A stretch of DNA of 64,000 nt from Dehalococcoidia bacterium (GCA_963663235.2 CAXXNO010000009.1:84580-148579); one strand, 5' to 3'. Shown: positions 17,358-29,301, counted from the stretch's first letter. Notes: generated by a model not told the origin, from the letters alone. A program made the numbers and translations.

Positions 17358-20300
17358 GTGCATAAGCCTCGCAAGGTGCTGATCATCGGCAGCGGGCCGA
17401 TCGTCATCGGGCAGGCGGCCGAGTTCGACTACGCCGGCACGCAGGCCTGCAAGGCGATGCGCGAGGAGGGCGTGACCTCCGTCCTAGTGAACTCGAACCC
17501 GGCGACGATCATGACCGACGAGGACGTGGCGGACGTGGTCTACATCGAACCGCTGACCGTCGACGTGCTCACCCGCGTGATCGAGCGGGAGCGGCCGGAC
17601 GGCCTGCTGCCCACGCTGGGCGGGCAAACGGCGCTGAACCTGGCGGTGGAGCTGGCCGACGCGGGGGTGCTAGAGCGCCACAACGTGCGGCTGCTGGGCA
17701 CGCCGCTGGAGACGATCAAGAACGCCGAGGACCGCGAGCGCTTCAAAACCATGCTGCGAGCGATCGACGAGCCATCGCCGCCGAGCCGCACGGTTACCAC
17801 GGCGAAGGAAGCGGACCAAGCGCTCGCGGAGATCGGCCTGCCGGCGGTGATCCGCCCCGCGTACACCCTGGGAGGAACGGGCGGCGGCATCGCGCGGACG
17901 AGCGACGAGTTCGCCACGCTCGTCCGCGGCGGACTGGCGGCCAGCCCAATCACCCAAGTGTTAATCGAGCAGTCCCTGCTGGGCTGGAAGGAGATCGAGT
18001 ACGAGGTGATGCGGGACGCCGCCGACACCTGCATCACGGTCTGCAACATGGAAAACCTGGACCCGATGGGCGTGCACACGGGCGACTCGATCGTCGTCGC
18101 GCCCAGCCAGACGCTCTCCGACAAAGACTACCAGCGGCTGCGATCGGCGGCGCTCAAGATCATCCGGGCGCTGGGGATCGAAGGCGGCTGCAACATCCAG
18201 TTCGCGCTTGCGCCGCGTCCCGACATCGTGGAGTGGGGCCCTGCGCCGGACGACGGCTCCCTGCCCTACCACGTGATTGAGGTCAACCCGCGCGTCAGCC
18301 GATCATCGGCGCTGGCCAGCAAAGCGACCGGCTACCCGATCGCACGGGTGGCGGCGAAGATCGCCGCGGGGAAGCGGCTGGACGAAATCCCGAACGCGGT
18401 CACGAGCAAGACCAGCGCCGCGTTCGAGCCGGCGCTGGACTACGTCGTGGTCAAGATCCCGCGGTGGCCGTTCGACAAGTTCGGCGCCGGCGACCGTTCC
18501 CTGGGCACGCAGATGAAGGCCACCGGGGAAGTCATGGCTATCGAGCGCAGCTTCGGCGCTGCCTTGCAGAAGGCCGTGCGCTCGCTGGAGATCGGTGGCC
18601 GCACATTGCTGTGGGAGGAGCGCGGGGATCTGGATCCCTCGACCGCCGCGCAGACCGCCACGGACAACCGCCTCTGGCACCTCATGGCCGCGCTGCGTCG
18701 CGACGCGGATCCCATCGCCCTAGCCAAGCGGACGGGGATCGATCCGTGGTTCCTGGACCGACTGCTAGAGCTGGTCCGCATGGAGCAGCGGCTGCTGTCG
18801 GAGCCGCTGCTCCACGCCTTGCTCTACGAGGCCAAGCGCACGGGGTTCAGCGACGAACAGATCGCCAACCTGTCCGGCTCCGTCACCGAGAAAGTGCGCC
18901 AGCTGCGGATCGATCGGGGCATCCGACCCGTCTACAAGATGGTCGATACCTGCGCCGCCGAGTTCGACGCCGCCACGCCGTATTTCTACTCCACCTACGA
19001 GGAGGAGAATGAAGCGCTCCCCGACGCGACTCCCAGGGCGCTAGTCATCGGCAGCGGGCCGATCCGCATCGGCCAGGGGATCGAGTTCGACTACTGCTCG
19101 GTGAAAGCGGCGCAGGCGCTGCAGGCGGCCGGCTACGCGGCGATCATGGCCAACAGCAACCCGGAGACGGTCTCCACCGACTTCGACACCTCCAACCGCC
19201 TCTATTTTGAGCCGCTCGACGAAGAGGCCGTGCGCGACATCCTGGACAACGAACAAGGGCGCGACGGCGGCGCCCCCGTGGCCAGCATCCTGCAGTTCGG
19301 CGGCCAGACCGCGATCAACCTCGCCGAACCGCTCAGCGTCGCGGCGCAGCCCATCCTGGGCTCATCCGCGGAGGCCATCGATCGGGCCGAAGACCGCAAG
19401 CGCTTCGAGGCGTTCCTGGCGGACCTCGGCATCCCCCAGCCCCCCGGCACCACCGTCACCAACGTCGAGGATGCGGTGATCGCGGCGGAGACCATCGGCT
19501 ATCCGGTGGTGGTACGCCCGTCCTACGTGCTCGGCGGGCGGGCGATGGAGATCGTGCAGGATCCGAGCGAGGTGGCACGCTACATGAACGAAGCGCTGGA
19601 GTCGTCACCCGACCGGCCGGTGCTGATCGACAGGTACCTCGCCGGGCTGGAGGTGGAGGTCGACGCCATCTGCGACGGCCAGCAGGTGCTGATCCCCGGC
19701 ATCATGGAGCACATCGAGCGGGCTGGCGTCCACTCCGGCGACTCCATGGCCGTCTATCCCGCCCCCAGCCTGCGCCCCGAAGAGGTGGAGACGATCACCG
19801 CCTACACGCGGCAGATCGGCCTGGCGTTGGAGGTGCGCGGCCTGATGAACGCCCAGTACGTCGTGATGCGGCGCGGGGAGGAGAGCGACATCTTCGTCCT
19901 GGAGGTGAACCCCCGCGCCAGCCGCACCGTCCCCTTTCTCAGCAAAGTGACCACCGTGCCCATGGTCCACGTGGCCGATCAATGTGATGCTGGGTCGCAG
20001 CCTGGCGGATCAGGGCTACCCCGACGGTCTCTGGCCGGAGCGCGACCTCGTGGCGATCAAAGCGCCGGTGTTCAGCATGGCCAAGCTCACCGGCGTCGAC
20101 ACCTACCTGGGCCCCGAGATGAAATCCACCGGCGAAGTGATGGGCATCGACCGGACCCTGGAGCGCGCCCTGGCCAAGGCGCTGCTGGCCGCGGACGCAT
20201 CGCTGCCGCGCGACGGGACCGTGCTGCTGAGCATCGCCGACAGGGACAAGCCCAGCGCGATTCCCATGATCCGCAACCTGGGCGCCGCGGGCTACCGCAT

Positions 20301-20679
20301 CTTTGCCACGCCCGGCACCGCCGACCTCGTCCAAGGACTGGGGGTGAAGGTGACCATCGTGCCCAAGCGGCTGCATGAGGGTGATCCCACGGTGATCGAG
20401 CTGGTGCGCCAGCACACGGTCGATTTCGTGGTCAACACGCCGGAGGGACGCCGGGCGCCGCTGCGGGACGGGTTCGCCATCCGCCGCGCCGCCAGCGAGG
20501 AGGGCATCCCCTGCTTCACCAGCATCGACACCGCGGCTCAGGCGGTGGCGGCCATGGTCACACACAGCGGCGACTACAACGTGCTGCCGCTGAGCGACTA
20601 CACGGGGCGGGGGCAGTCAGCATCGCGCGCGCGGGCGCGCTCAAGCGAACCGGTGACCGAGCCGGAGCGTCCCGCGTGA
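17358..20679 (+). CDS. carB: Carbamoyl-phosphate synthase large subunit (one extra base near 19977, probably an assembly error)
   Basis: [54 protein letters not shown]; MGS domain in the second frame. Confidence 0.92.
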
Positions 20680-21449
20680 TCCCCCACGGCCCGGCGACCG
20701 TTCTCAGCAGCGAGGAGATCTATCCCGGCACGTTCGTCACCTGGTACGCGGGCAAGGAGTTCTGCCGCGCCGCCGAACCAGGCCAGTTCGTGATGGTGCA
20801 GCCGCGAGACGGGCTCGATCCGTTTCTGCCCCGCGCCTTCTCCTTCTATCGCTTCCGCGGGGAGGACGAGCAGCGCGAGTTCGCGCTGCTGTACAGCGTG
20901 ATCGGCGCCGCGACGGAGTTGATGGCGGCCCAGGAAGTGGGCGACACGATCATCGCGACCGGGCCGCTGGGCCACGGCTTCCAAGTGCGCCCGGGCGCCG
21001 GCAACCTCCTCCTGATCGGCGGCGGCGTGGGCATGGCGCCGCTGGTGGCGCTGGCCGAGCGGGAGGTGGCGGCGGGCCGGACGGTGGTGATGTGCTGCGG
21101 CGCGCGCACGGCGGCGTCGGTGTTTCCCGCCTCGCTGCTGCCGGCCGAGGTGGAGTACGCCGTGACGACGGAGGACGGATCGATGGGGCAGCAGGGGCTG
21201 GTCACCGACCTCTTCGCCCGCTACCTGCCCTGGGCGGACCAGACACTGGCCTGCGGTCCGGTGCCGATGTTTCGCAGCATGGCGGAGGTCGTGCGGCGGG
21301 ACGGGATGCGCCGGCCGGCGCAGATCCTGATGGAGACGGAGATGGCCTGCGGGACCGGCATCTGCTACGGCTGCGCCGTCTTCACCAAGAAGGGCGTCAA
21401 GCTGTGCTGCAAGGACGGTCCGCGCTTCGAGCTGTTGGACGTGTTCTAG
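20676..21449 (+). CDS. pyrK: Dihydroorotate dehydrogenase electron transfer subunit
   Basis: PGQFVMV, GPLGHGF, GGGVGMAP, MACGTGICYGC...CKDGP. Confidence 0.9.
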   Translation: MIPHGPATVLSSEEIYPGTFVTWYAGKEFCRAAEPGQFVMVQPRDGLDPFLPRAFSFYRFRGEDEQREFALLYSVIGAATELMAAQEVGDTIIATGPLGHGFQVRPGAGNLLLIGGGVGMAPLVALAEREVAAGRTVVMCCGARTAASVFPASLLPAEVEYAVTTEDGSMGQQGLVTDLFARYLPWADQTLACGPVPMFRSMAEVVRRDGMRRPAQILMETEMACGTGICYGCAVFTKKGVKLCCKDGPRFELLDVF

Positions 21450-22331
21450 GCCGACTCAGCGAAGCGCTTGACGATCGCTTCCGCAATCTCGTCGGGCGCG
21501 TCTTCCTGGATGTAGTGTTTCGCCTTGGGCAGCTCAACCAGCGTGTGATCAGGGAAGGTCTCCTGCCAGCGCGGCAGGAAGGCACCCGGCTTGAAGCCGA
21601 AGTCGCGCATGCCCCAGACGAGCAGCAGGGGTTTGTCTCCGAGCGCTTGCGGGACGCGCCTCTCGAGATCAGCCAACCACGGCCCGGCGCCGCGAATCTG
21701 CCGCGGAAACACCGCCACGCCGCGCCGCGCCGCCGGGCGTCGGCTGAACCGCCCGGTAGTGCTCCTTCTCCTCGTCCGTCAGCTTGGTCGCCATAGCCAT
21801 CGGCATCACGCGCTTGACAAAGAAGTTGCGCTTCAGGATCGACCACTGCACGGGCGGCGACGACATCACGATCCCGAAGGTATTCATCATGCGGGAGTCG
21901 GCCGGCCAGAACCAGGTGTTGCCCATGACAAGCCCGTGCACTCGATCAGGCGCAGCCGCGGCAACCGACATGCCGATGGGCCCTCCCCAGTCCTGCCCCA
22001 TGACGATGAAGCCGTCGAGCTCGAGATAGTCAACGAGCTCGGCAACAACCGTTGCGTGCTCGCCGGGCGTGTAGCCGTAACCGGCGGGCCGCACCGAGAG
22101 GCCGAAGCCCGGGTAGTCCAGGGCCACGCAGCGGAAGCGGTCGCGCAGGCGGCTCACGATCTTGCGGTAGAGGAAGCTCCAGGTCGGGTTTCCGTGGAGA
22201 AAAAGAATCGGCCGTCCGCTTCCCTCGTCGATGTAGTGCACACGACCCACCGAGCTATCGAACCACTGTGATGTGAAGGGGAACAGCGAAGGCGAGGGGG
22301 TGAAATCGACCTGGCCTTGCGTCGGCGTCAT
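21446..22331 (-). CDS. Alpha/beta hydrolase, haloalkane dehalogenase-like (frameshift near 21735)
   Basis: HYIDEG, LHGNPTWSFLYR, QDWGGP; second frame supplies AKHYIQEDAP. Confidence 0.8.
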
Positions 22332-22442
22332 CGGAGCCCCTTTCACGGAACGTGCGCGCGGTGCTGACATCGAGCAAGTCTAAGCGCGTCGTCAAGCAAC
22401 AGCGAGGGTGTATCGTCGTGACGCCGCGCATCAGGAGACGCC

Positions 22443-23337
22443 GTGTCCGTTCGCTACGAACTGCTTCAGGTCGACGCCTTCACCAGGCACGCCGCTGGAG
22501 GGGAACGCCTGCGCCGTCCTGCCCGACGCCCAAGGCCTGAGCGACGAGCGGATGCAAGCGATTGCGCGGGAGATGAACCTCTCGGAGACGACGTTCGTCT
22601 TCCCTTCCGACGTCGCGGACTTCCGCTGCCGCTACTTCACGCCGCTGGAGGAGATACCGCTGGCCGGGCATCCAACCATCGCGACCGTCCATGCCCTGGC
22701 GGAGATCGGGCGCATCGCCGCGGAGACCACCGCGGTCACCCTGGAGCTGGCCGTCGGCGTGATCGCGGTGGAGCGGCGACTCGATGGCAGCAGCGATCCA
22801 CTCATCGTGATGACGCAACTGGCGCCGACGTTCGGGCGGCGGATGAACCGCGGCGAGATCGCGGTGGCGCTGCGCGTCCCGGAGACGAGCGTGCGGGCGG
22901 ACCTGCCGGTGCAAGTCGTGAGCACCGGCACGCCGCAACTGATGGCGCCGCTGACGTCGCGAACGTCACTGGACAACGCCCGCGCCGACGCCGCGGCGCT
23001 GCGTGAGCTGCGCGAGAAGGGCGAGTTCTTCAGCGTCCACGCCTTCACGCTGGAAACGCTGGAGCCGGAGAGCACGACCCACAGCCGTCACTGGGGCTTC
23101 GCCGCGTCCGGGGTGTTCGAGGACCCGGTCACAGGATCGGCGTCGGGGGGGATGGTGGCCTATCTCCTCCAGTACGGGATGATCGAGCCGGGGGTGCACC
23201 GGCTGGAGCAAGGCGACCGCATGAAGCGGCCCGGTCGAGTGACGGCGGAGGTCGGCTACGCGGAGGACGGGAGCATCGCGCCGCCGAAGATCGGGGGACG
23301 GGCGGTGACGGTGATGCGGGGGACGATAACCAGCTGA
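22443..23337 (+). CDS. PhzF family isomerase (frameshift near 22485)
   Basis: QVDAFT then GNACAV, EMNLSET, AGHPT, EDPVTGSA. Confidence 0.85.
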
Positions 23338-23376
23338 GGCCTTCCCCCCCGATCGGCGACGTGATCAAATAGAGGC

Positions 23377-24163
23377 ATGGCGCGCGCTCCCCGACGCAAC
23401 AGCATCCTCCACGGCGACGCGCTGGAGGTGATGCGCGGCTGGCCCGACGGCTGCGTGGACCATTGCATCGCCGACCCGCCGTTCAACATGAGCAAGAAGA
23501 AGGGGCTGGGCTGGGCGTTCTCATCGCACGTCACGATGGAGGAGACGTGGGGACCGGTTCACGGAGGACGACTTCTTCCACTTCAACGTGGAGTGGCTGC
23601 GCGAAGTGTGCCGGGTGGTCAAGCCGAACGGGAACGTCATCGTGTTCGGGACGTACCACAACATCTACCAGCTGGGGTTCATCCTGCAGAGCGGGCTGAA
23701 CCGTCGGATCCTGAACTCCATCGTCTGGTACAAGCCCAACGCGCAGCCCAACATCACGGCACGCATGCTGACGGAGAGCACGGAGCACCTGATCTGGGCG
23801 GTGAACGGGGCGCCGGCGGGGAAGGATAAGGCGTCGAAGTGGACGTTCGACTACTGGGGGGCCAAGGAGCTGAACGGCGGCAAGCAGATGCGCAACCTGT
23901 GGGAGTTCCCCGTCACCCCGAAGAGCGAGCGACGGAACGGCAAGCATCCGTCGCAGAAGCCGCTGGGGGTGCTGGAGCGGCTGGTGCTCATCGCCACGCA
24001 GCCCGACGACCTGGTCCTGGACCCGTTCGGCGGCGCGGGGACGCTGGCGCTGGCGGCGGAACGGCAGGGGCGGAACTGGCTGCTGATTGAAACCGTGGAG
24101 GAATACGCTACCCTCGCCCGGACCCGGCTGCAGGCACAGCGCGAAGACCAGGCCGACGGGTAA
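23377..24163 (+). CDS. Orphan amino-DNA methyltransferase, beta class (extra G near 23550)
   Basis: IADPPF motif IV precedes HPSQKP and LDPFGGAGT motif I. Confidence 0.85.
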
Positions 24164-24180
24164 GGCCAGCGGAGGGCACG

Positions 24181-25026
24181 ATGAACCGATACGAAAAGTT
24201 CAGCGTGGGCAACGCGGAACTGATCCACATGCAAGACACGTGGATGGCGCTGCCCCCCACCGACCTATTCCCCACGTCCACGGCCAAGGACTGGGACGCC
24301 TACCGCGAATTCGTGGACGCCGAGGGCAACATCACGCTCAACACGGGCAGCTGGCTGGTGCGCAGCGGGGGCCAAACGATCCTGGTGGACACGGGCTTCG
24401 GCGACCGGCCGCCGGTGGATTTCCCCACCCGCGAGCAGCCCCACCTCCCCGACGTCATGGAGGCCGTGGGGCTGCGCGCCGAGGAGGTGGACATCGTCCT
24501 GTTCACCCACCTGCACTTCGACCACACGGGCTGGAACACCGTCGACGAGGGGGGCGCGATCACGCCGCGGTTCCGCAACGCCCGCCACATCGTGCAACAG
24601 AAGGACTGGGACTACTGGCGGAGCAGTGACGCGGAGCGGGAGTTCGCCAACTACGACTACTCCCTGGCGCCTCTCGAAGCGGCGGGGCTGCTGGACCTCG
24701 TGGACGGCGAGTACGTGGTGAACCAAGAGATCGTCACGGTCCCGACCCCCGGACACACGCCCGGGCATGTCGCCTTCGTGCTCACGAGCGGCGGCGAGCG
24801 GGTGTATCTCATCGGCGACGCGGCCCACCACCCGGCGCAGCTGAGCGCGACCGACTGGTGCCCCGACTTCGACGTGAACAAAGACGACGCCCGACGCAGC
24901 CGTCACGCCATCCTCGACCGCATCGAGAAGGAAGGGGCGATCATGGCCAGCGCGCACTTCCCCTTCCCGAGCATCGGTCGCGCCGAGCGGAGCGGGGGCC
25001 GGCGCATCTTCTCGCCGCTGTCCTGA
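24181..25026 (+). CDS. MBL-fold metallo-hydrolase
   Basis: LVDTG, THLHFDHTG, TPGHTPGH, GDAAH. Confidence 0.9.
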   Translation: MNRYEKFSVGNAELIHMQDTWMALPPTDLFPTSTAKDWDAYREFVDAEGNITLNTGSWLVRSGGQTILVDTGFGDRPPVDFPTREQPHLPDVMEAVGLRAEEVDIVLFTHLHFDHTGWNTVDEGGAITPRFRNARHIVQQKDWDYWRSSDAEREFANYDYSLAPLEAAGLLDLVDGEYVVNQEIVTVPTPGHTPGHVAFVLTSGGERVYLIGDAAHHPAQLSATDWCPDFDVNKDDARRSRHAILDRIEKEGAIMASAHFPFPSIGRAERSGGRRIFSPLS

Positions 25027-25046
25027 CCGTCAGCGCCGGAGCGATC

Positions 25047-25898
25047 GTGGGGAACTTCCAGAAGCGCAACGTCGGAGCCGTAGAGCTGATCACGCTCCAG
25101 GACAGTTGGGCGACGGCGCCCGCGACCGAGTTCTTCCCCAGCACCAACGCAAGCGACTGGGAGCCGTACCTCGAATTCCTGGACTTGGAGGGCAACTTCA
25201 CCCTCAACCTCAGCGTGTGGCTGGTGCGCAGCGGAGGCCGGACCATCCTGGTGGACACGGGCGTCGGTCCGCGCGACGAGCAGAAGCAGCGCCTCACGCT
25301 CCAGGCACCCACCGCGCTGCCGTCGGTGATGGAGGAAGCGGGGATCCGGCCGGAGGAGATCGAGATCGTCCTGCACACGCACCTGCACTTCGACCACACG
25401 GGCTGGAACACCATCGACCGGGACGGCGCGCCGGTTCCGCTCTTTGCGAACGCTCGACACATCATCCAGCGCCGCGAATGGGACTACTGGACCGAGACGG
25501 AGGAGCGCAAAGGGAACGCGCTCTACGACATGCTGCTGCGGCCCCTGGAAACAGAGGGGCGCATTGACCTGGTCGAGGGAGAGCACGTGCTCACCTCCGA
25601 GGTCGTGACCGTGCCGACGCCGGGGCACACGCCGGGGCACGTCTCCTTCGTCGTCGCCAGCGCGGGAGAGCGCGCCTACATCCTGGGCGACGCCGCGCAC
25701 TCGCCGGTGCAACTGACGCGGCCCGACTGGTCCTCGCGCGCAGACATCGACCCTGTGCAGTCTGCGTCCACCCGTCGCGCGCTGTTCGACCGGATCGAGC
25801 AAGAGGGGGCGCTGATCGCCAGCGGCCACTTCCCCTACCCGGGGCTCGGCCACGCAGTGCGGGTGAACGACACACAGGTCTTCCAGCCCGCGCCGTGA
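25047..25898 (+). CDS. MBL-fold metallo-hydrolase (tandem paralog)
   Basis: Same motifs as the upstream gene; start codon approximate. Confidence 0.85.
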   Translation: MGNFQKRNVGAVELITLQDSWATAPATEFFPSTNASDWEPYLEFLDLEGNFTLNLSVWLVRSGGRTILVDTGVGPRDEQKQRLTLQAPTALPSVMEEAGIRPEEIEIVLHTHLHFDHTGWNTIDRDGAPVPLFANARHIIQRREWDYWTETEERKGNALYDMLLRPLETEGRIDLVEGEHVLTSEVVTVPTPGHTPGHVSFVVASAGERAYILGDAAHSPVQLTRPDWSSRADIDPVQSASTRRALFDRIEQEGALIASGHFPYPGLGHAVRVNDTQVFQPAP

Positions 25899-25947
25899 CC
25901 AGGGCGCGGCGCGTCTCGACTGAGGGCTAGGGAAAGGAACGGCGAGC

Positions 25948-26544
25948 GTGGATATCGAGAAGGCCAGGACGGCGCTGCTGCTGATGGACTTTCAGAACGA
26001 CATCGTGGACCCCAAGGGCAAGTTCGGCTCGCAGGGGATGGCCGCAGAAGTCCAAGAGAAAGGCGCGATCGAAAACACGGCGCGCGCGTTGAAGGCGGCG
26101 CGGCGCGCCGGCCTGCGGGTGGTGCACGTCGCCGTCGCGTTCCGCCCCGGGCATCCCGACGTCAACCAACACTCGCCGCTGATGGGCGGCATCGGCAAGG
26201 CCGAGGCGCTGGTGGAGGGGACGTGGGGCGCGGAGTTCCACCCCGGCGTCAAGCCGACAGAAGGGGAGCTGGTTGTAGTGAAGCGCGGGGTCAGCGCGCT
26301 CGCTGGCACGGACCTGCCGCCGATCTTGCGGGCGCAGGGCATCGACACGCTGGTGCTGACGGGGATCGCCACGACGTTCGTGGTCGAAGGGACCGCGCGC
26401 GAGGCGCTCGACAACGGCTACCGGGTGATCGTGCTGCAGGATTGCTGCGCCAGCTTCAGCGAAGAGCAGCACCAGGCGTCGCTGGCGGTGCTGGGGCAAC
26501 TGGCGCTGCTGGGCAGCGCCGACGAGTTCGCGAAGGCGCTCTAG
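25948..26544 (+). CDS. Isochorismatase/cysteine hydrolase family protein
   Basis: LLLMDFQND, GTWGAE, KRGVSA; the usual catalytic Cys is replaced (GIATTFVV). Confidence 0.8.
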   Translation: MDIEKARTALLLMDFQNDIVDPKGKFGSQGMAAEVQEKGAIENTARALKAARRAGLRVVHVAVAFRPGHPDVNQHSPLMGGIGKAEALVEGTWGAEFHPGVKPTEGELVVVKRGVSALAGTDLPPILRAQGIDTLVLTGIATTFVVEGTAREALDNGYRVIVLQDCCASFSEEQHQASLAVLGQLALLGSADEFAKAL

Positions 26545-27542
26545 CGGCGGCCCGTCCCGGCGGTCTTCTTGTCCACGCTGAGCTGGGGCACATAGGCCGC
26601 GATGTCCACGTAGCGGTCGGCCACGGCGCGCAACTCAGCCGCCGTGCTCTGCCCGAAGGCGACGACCTCCACGCGCACCCCCCGGGAGGCCACGATCTCC
26701 ACCAAGCGGCGGAAGTCGCCGTCGCCGGAGACTAGCGCCACCACGTCCAAGCGGTCGGAGAGTATGAGGATATCGATCGCGAGCTCGACGTCGAAGTTGG
26801 CCTTGACCCCGCCGTCGCTGAAGCGCTTCAGCGGCTTAGTCACGATGCGATAACCGTGACCTAGGAAGGGGAGCACGAAGCGTTCGTTCTCCACGCGGGT
26901 GTTGGGGTCGTCCGAGATGGGGGCGTAGGCCATGGCCCGCACCACCGTGCGCCCGTCGCCGAGGAACTCCGCGACCTTGCCCCAATCGAGCTCCACGCCC
27001 GATCGCTCAGCGGCGTAGATGATGTTGGGCACGTCGACGAAGATTCCCAGCCTGGGGCGGAGCCCGACGCTCACCGGCATGGCGCCATCGCCGGGTGCGA
27101 GCGCGGGCGCGGGCGCGGCCGCCAGTTGCTCCATGAACTGGTTCTGGCGCTCTTGCGCGCCGGCGATCCACTCCAACACCGTGTTCTGCCGCTCGATCAG
27201 CTCGGTCTGGCGGGCCAGGATCGCGGGGAGGTCCGCCGGGCGGGGTTCCGGCGGGCGGGGTTCCGGCGGAGCCACCGGCTCCGGCTCCGGCTCCGCCGCG
27301 GGCCGCCGTCCCGTGCGCCGACGGGGGGCGGCGGTCGCTCCGTCTGTCGGCTCGGGCGACGTCGCGGCGGTCTTGCGGCTTCCGCTGGAGCGCGAGCGCC
27401 GTCGTCGTGGCGCCCTGCTGCGGGCCGCCGGCTCGCCGCTGTTGGGCGCCGGCTCGCTAGGCGTAGGCTGATGCTGGACCGGATCGTCGCTTTCGCCGCT
27501 CGTCGCGGGCGCGGCCGTCTTGCGTCGCAAGATTCTTGGCAT
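26541..27542 (-). CDS. NYN (LabA/DUF88) domain protein with disordered N-terminus
   Basis: IFVDVPN, KANFDVELAID, SGDGDF, ADRYVD. Confidence 0.85.
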   Translation of the reverse strand: MPRILRRKTAAPATSGESDDPVQHQPTPSEPAPNSGEPAARSRAPRRRRSRSSGSRKTAATSPEPTDGATAAPRRRTGRRPAAEPEPEPVAPPEPRPPEPRPADLPAILARQTELIERQNTVLEWIAGAQERQNQFMEQLAAAPAPALAPGDGAMPVSVGLRPRLGIFVDVPNIIYAAERSGVELDWGKVAEFLGDGRTVVRAMAYAPISDDPNTRVENERFVLPFLGHGYRIVTKPLKRFSDGGVKANFDVELAIDILILSDRLDVVALVSGDGDFRRLVEIVASRGVRVEVVAFGQSTAAELRAVADRYVDIAAYVPQLSVDKKTAGTGRR

Positions 27543-27551
27543 GGTTTTCGT

Positions 27552-28604
27552 CTATACCTGCATCAATGTGAGAACGCTCAGTTTCGCGGCCACGCGCTGC
27601 GCGACGTCCACGAACGCCTGGCTCGTGGGATGATCGGGATCGCTGTCCACGATGGGCACGCCGGTGTCACCGGCCACCCGCACCTCCGTGGCTAGGGGGA
27701 TTTCGCCCAGGAAGTCGATCCCCTGCTCATCGGCCGCCTCGCGCCCGCCGCCGTGGCCGAAGATCTCCAGCCGCTGCCCGGTGTCCGGGGTGATGAAATA
27801 CGACATGTTCTCCACGATCCCGAAGACCGGCACCTGGAGCTTCTCGAACATCGCCACCGCCTTGGCGGCGTCTTCCAGCGCCACCTTCTGGGGCGTGGTG
27901 ACGATCACCGCCCCGGCGATGGGCGCCTCCTGGGCCATGGACATGGGCGCGTCGCTGGTCCCGGGCGGGAGATCGATCAAGAGATAGTCCAGATCCCCCC
28001 AGGAGACGTCGTGCAGGAGTTGCCGCACCGCGGTGCCGACCATGGGGCCGCGCCAGACGACCGGCGCACCGCGCGGGATGATGAACCCGATCGAGACCAC
28101 CTTCACACCATAGCGCGAGATCGGATGCAGGCCTTGCTCGCTCTCGGCCTGGAAGGCCGCGGGCAGGCCGACCATCGTGGGGATGTTGGGGCCGGTGATA
28201 TCGGCGTCGATCAGGCCGACGCTCGCGCCCGCCCGCGCCAGCGCCACGGCTAGATTGACCGCCAGCGTGGTCTTGCCCACGCCGCCCTTGTTGGAAGCGA
28301 TGGCGACGATGTTCTTGACCCCGGCCACCTCCTTCGCGCCTCCGGGCTGCTTGAAGGTCGGCACCTTGGCGCCCCAGTCGATCGTGACGGCGCCGGCGCC
28401 CACCGCCTGGATGGCGGCGGTCACCTCGCTCTCGATCTGCGAGCGCAGGGGGCAGGCGGGGGTCGTCAGGATCACCTTGAGGGAGACGGCGTCGCCATCG
28501 ATGCGGATGTCTTGCACCATGTTGAGGCTGACGAGATCCTGGTGCAGTTCCGGATCTTGGACGGCGCTCAAGGCGCTCAGCACAGCGTCTTCGGTCACCG
28601 GCAT
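27552..28604 (-). CDS. apbC: Mrp/NBP35 (ApbC) Fe-S cluster carrier ATPase
   Basis: VQDPEL...LTTPACP N-terminal domain, SNKGGVGKT, VWRGPM, DLPPGTSD, GIVENMS. Confidence 0.88.
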   Translation of the reverse strand: MPVTEDAVLSALSAVQDPELHQDLVSLNMVQDIRIDGDAVSLKVILTTPACPLRSQIESEVTAAIQAVGAGAVTIDWGAKVPTFKQPGGAKEVAGVKNIVAIASNKGGVGKTTLAVNLAVALARAGASVGLIDADITGPNIPTMVGLPAAFQAESEQGLHPISRYGVKVVSIGFIIPRGAPVVWRGPMVGTAVRQLLHDVSWGDLDYLLIDLPPGTSDAPMSMAQEAPIAGAVIVTTPQKVALEDAAKAVAMFEKLQVPVFGIVENMSYFITPDTGQRLEIFGHGGGREAADEQGIDFLGEIPLATEVRVAGDTGVPIVDSDPDHPTSQAFVDVAQRVAAKLSVLTLMQV

Positions 28605-28662
28605 GCAATACTCCTCAACATGGGCTCGGCCCACGGAGCGCGCGGCCCCGGGACGTGTGTCT

Positions 28663-29301
28663 CTATAGCGTGACGCGGAAGCAGCAGGCTTCCGCCCCCG
28701 AAAACTGACAGGACGTGAGTTCGACGGGAGCACCCATCAGGCGGCCGGCGTAGGCCGTGTGAAAGGTGCACAGATCATCGTTTGATTGCGCCACGCGCCC
28801 GTAGATGCAGTTGTAGTCGCGCACCGCCAGCCCGTCCTCGCTGGACTCCACTTCGACGAAGCCGCTCTCTTCTTGCATGATCTCCGCAGCGGCCAGCGCA
28901 CGCTCTCGCCCGTCCATGCGCCGCAGCCGCTCCAGATAGGGGGCGGCGGCACGCTCGGCCATCCGCCGCATCACGAGCGTCCGCTTGTCCGCCTGCGAGA
29001 GGCCGGCGATGTCCCCGGCGTCGAGGGTGGTGACTTCTTGCAGGAGGAGCGCCGCCAGACGGTCGTAGGCTTTGGGGAACTGATCATCCCCGTTGGGCGT
29101 CAGGCTATAGACATGCGCAGGCCGCCCAGTGGGTCGACGCTCGGACTCGGCCACCAGCAGCCCTTCGCCCTGCATGCGGGCCAAGTGCTGGCGAATGGTC
29201 ATGGGCGCGAGGTTCAGGCTCTGGGCGAGCGCCTCGACATCCGTGCCGGGGCGCCGCTTGAGGTGGGCCAAGATGCGTTCACGACTGCTGTGGACGGTCA
29301 A
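28663..29301 (-). CDS. SufR-like winged-HTH metalloregulator
   Basis: IRQHL...GRPAHVYSLT..G...FPKAY; C-terminal NC..LC..C..CC ligands. Confidence 0.75.
   Translation of the reverse strand: MTVHSSRERILAHLKRRPGTDVEALAQSLNLAPMTIRQHLARMQGEGLLVAESERRPTGRPAHVYSLTPNGDDQFPKAYDRLAALLLQEVTTLDAGDIAGLSQADKRTLVMRRMAERAAAPYLERLRRMDGRERALAAAEIMQEESGFVEVESSEDGLAVRDYNCIYGRVAQSNDDLCTFHTAYAGRLMGAPVELTSCQFSGAEACCFRVTL

Noticed and set aside
19970-19990. Programmed frameshift or natural split in carB
   Set aside because: No slippery sequence; one extra G, like other indels in the window.
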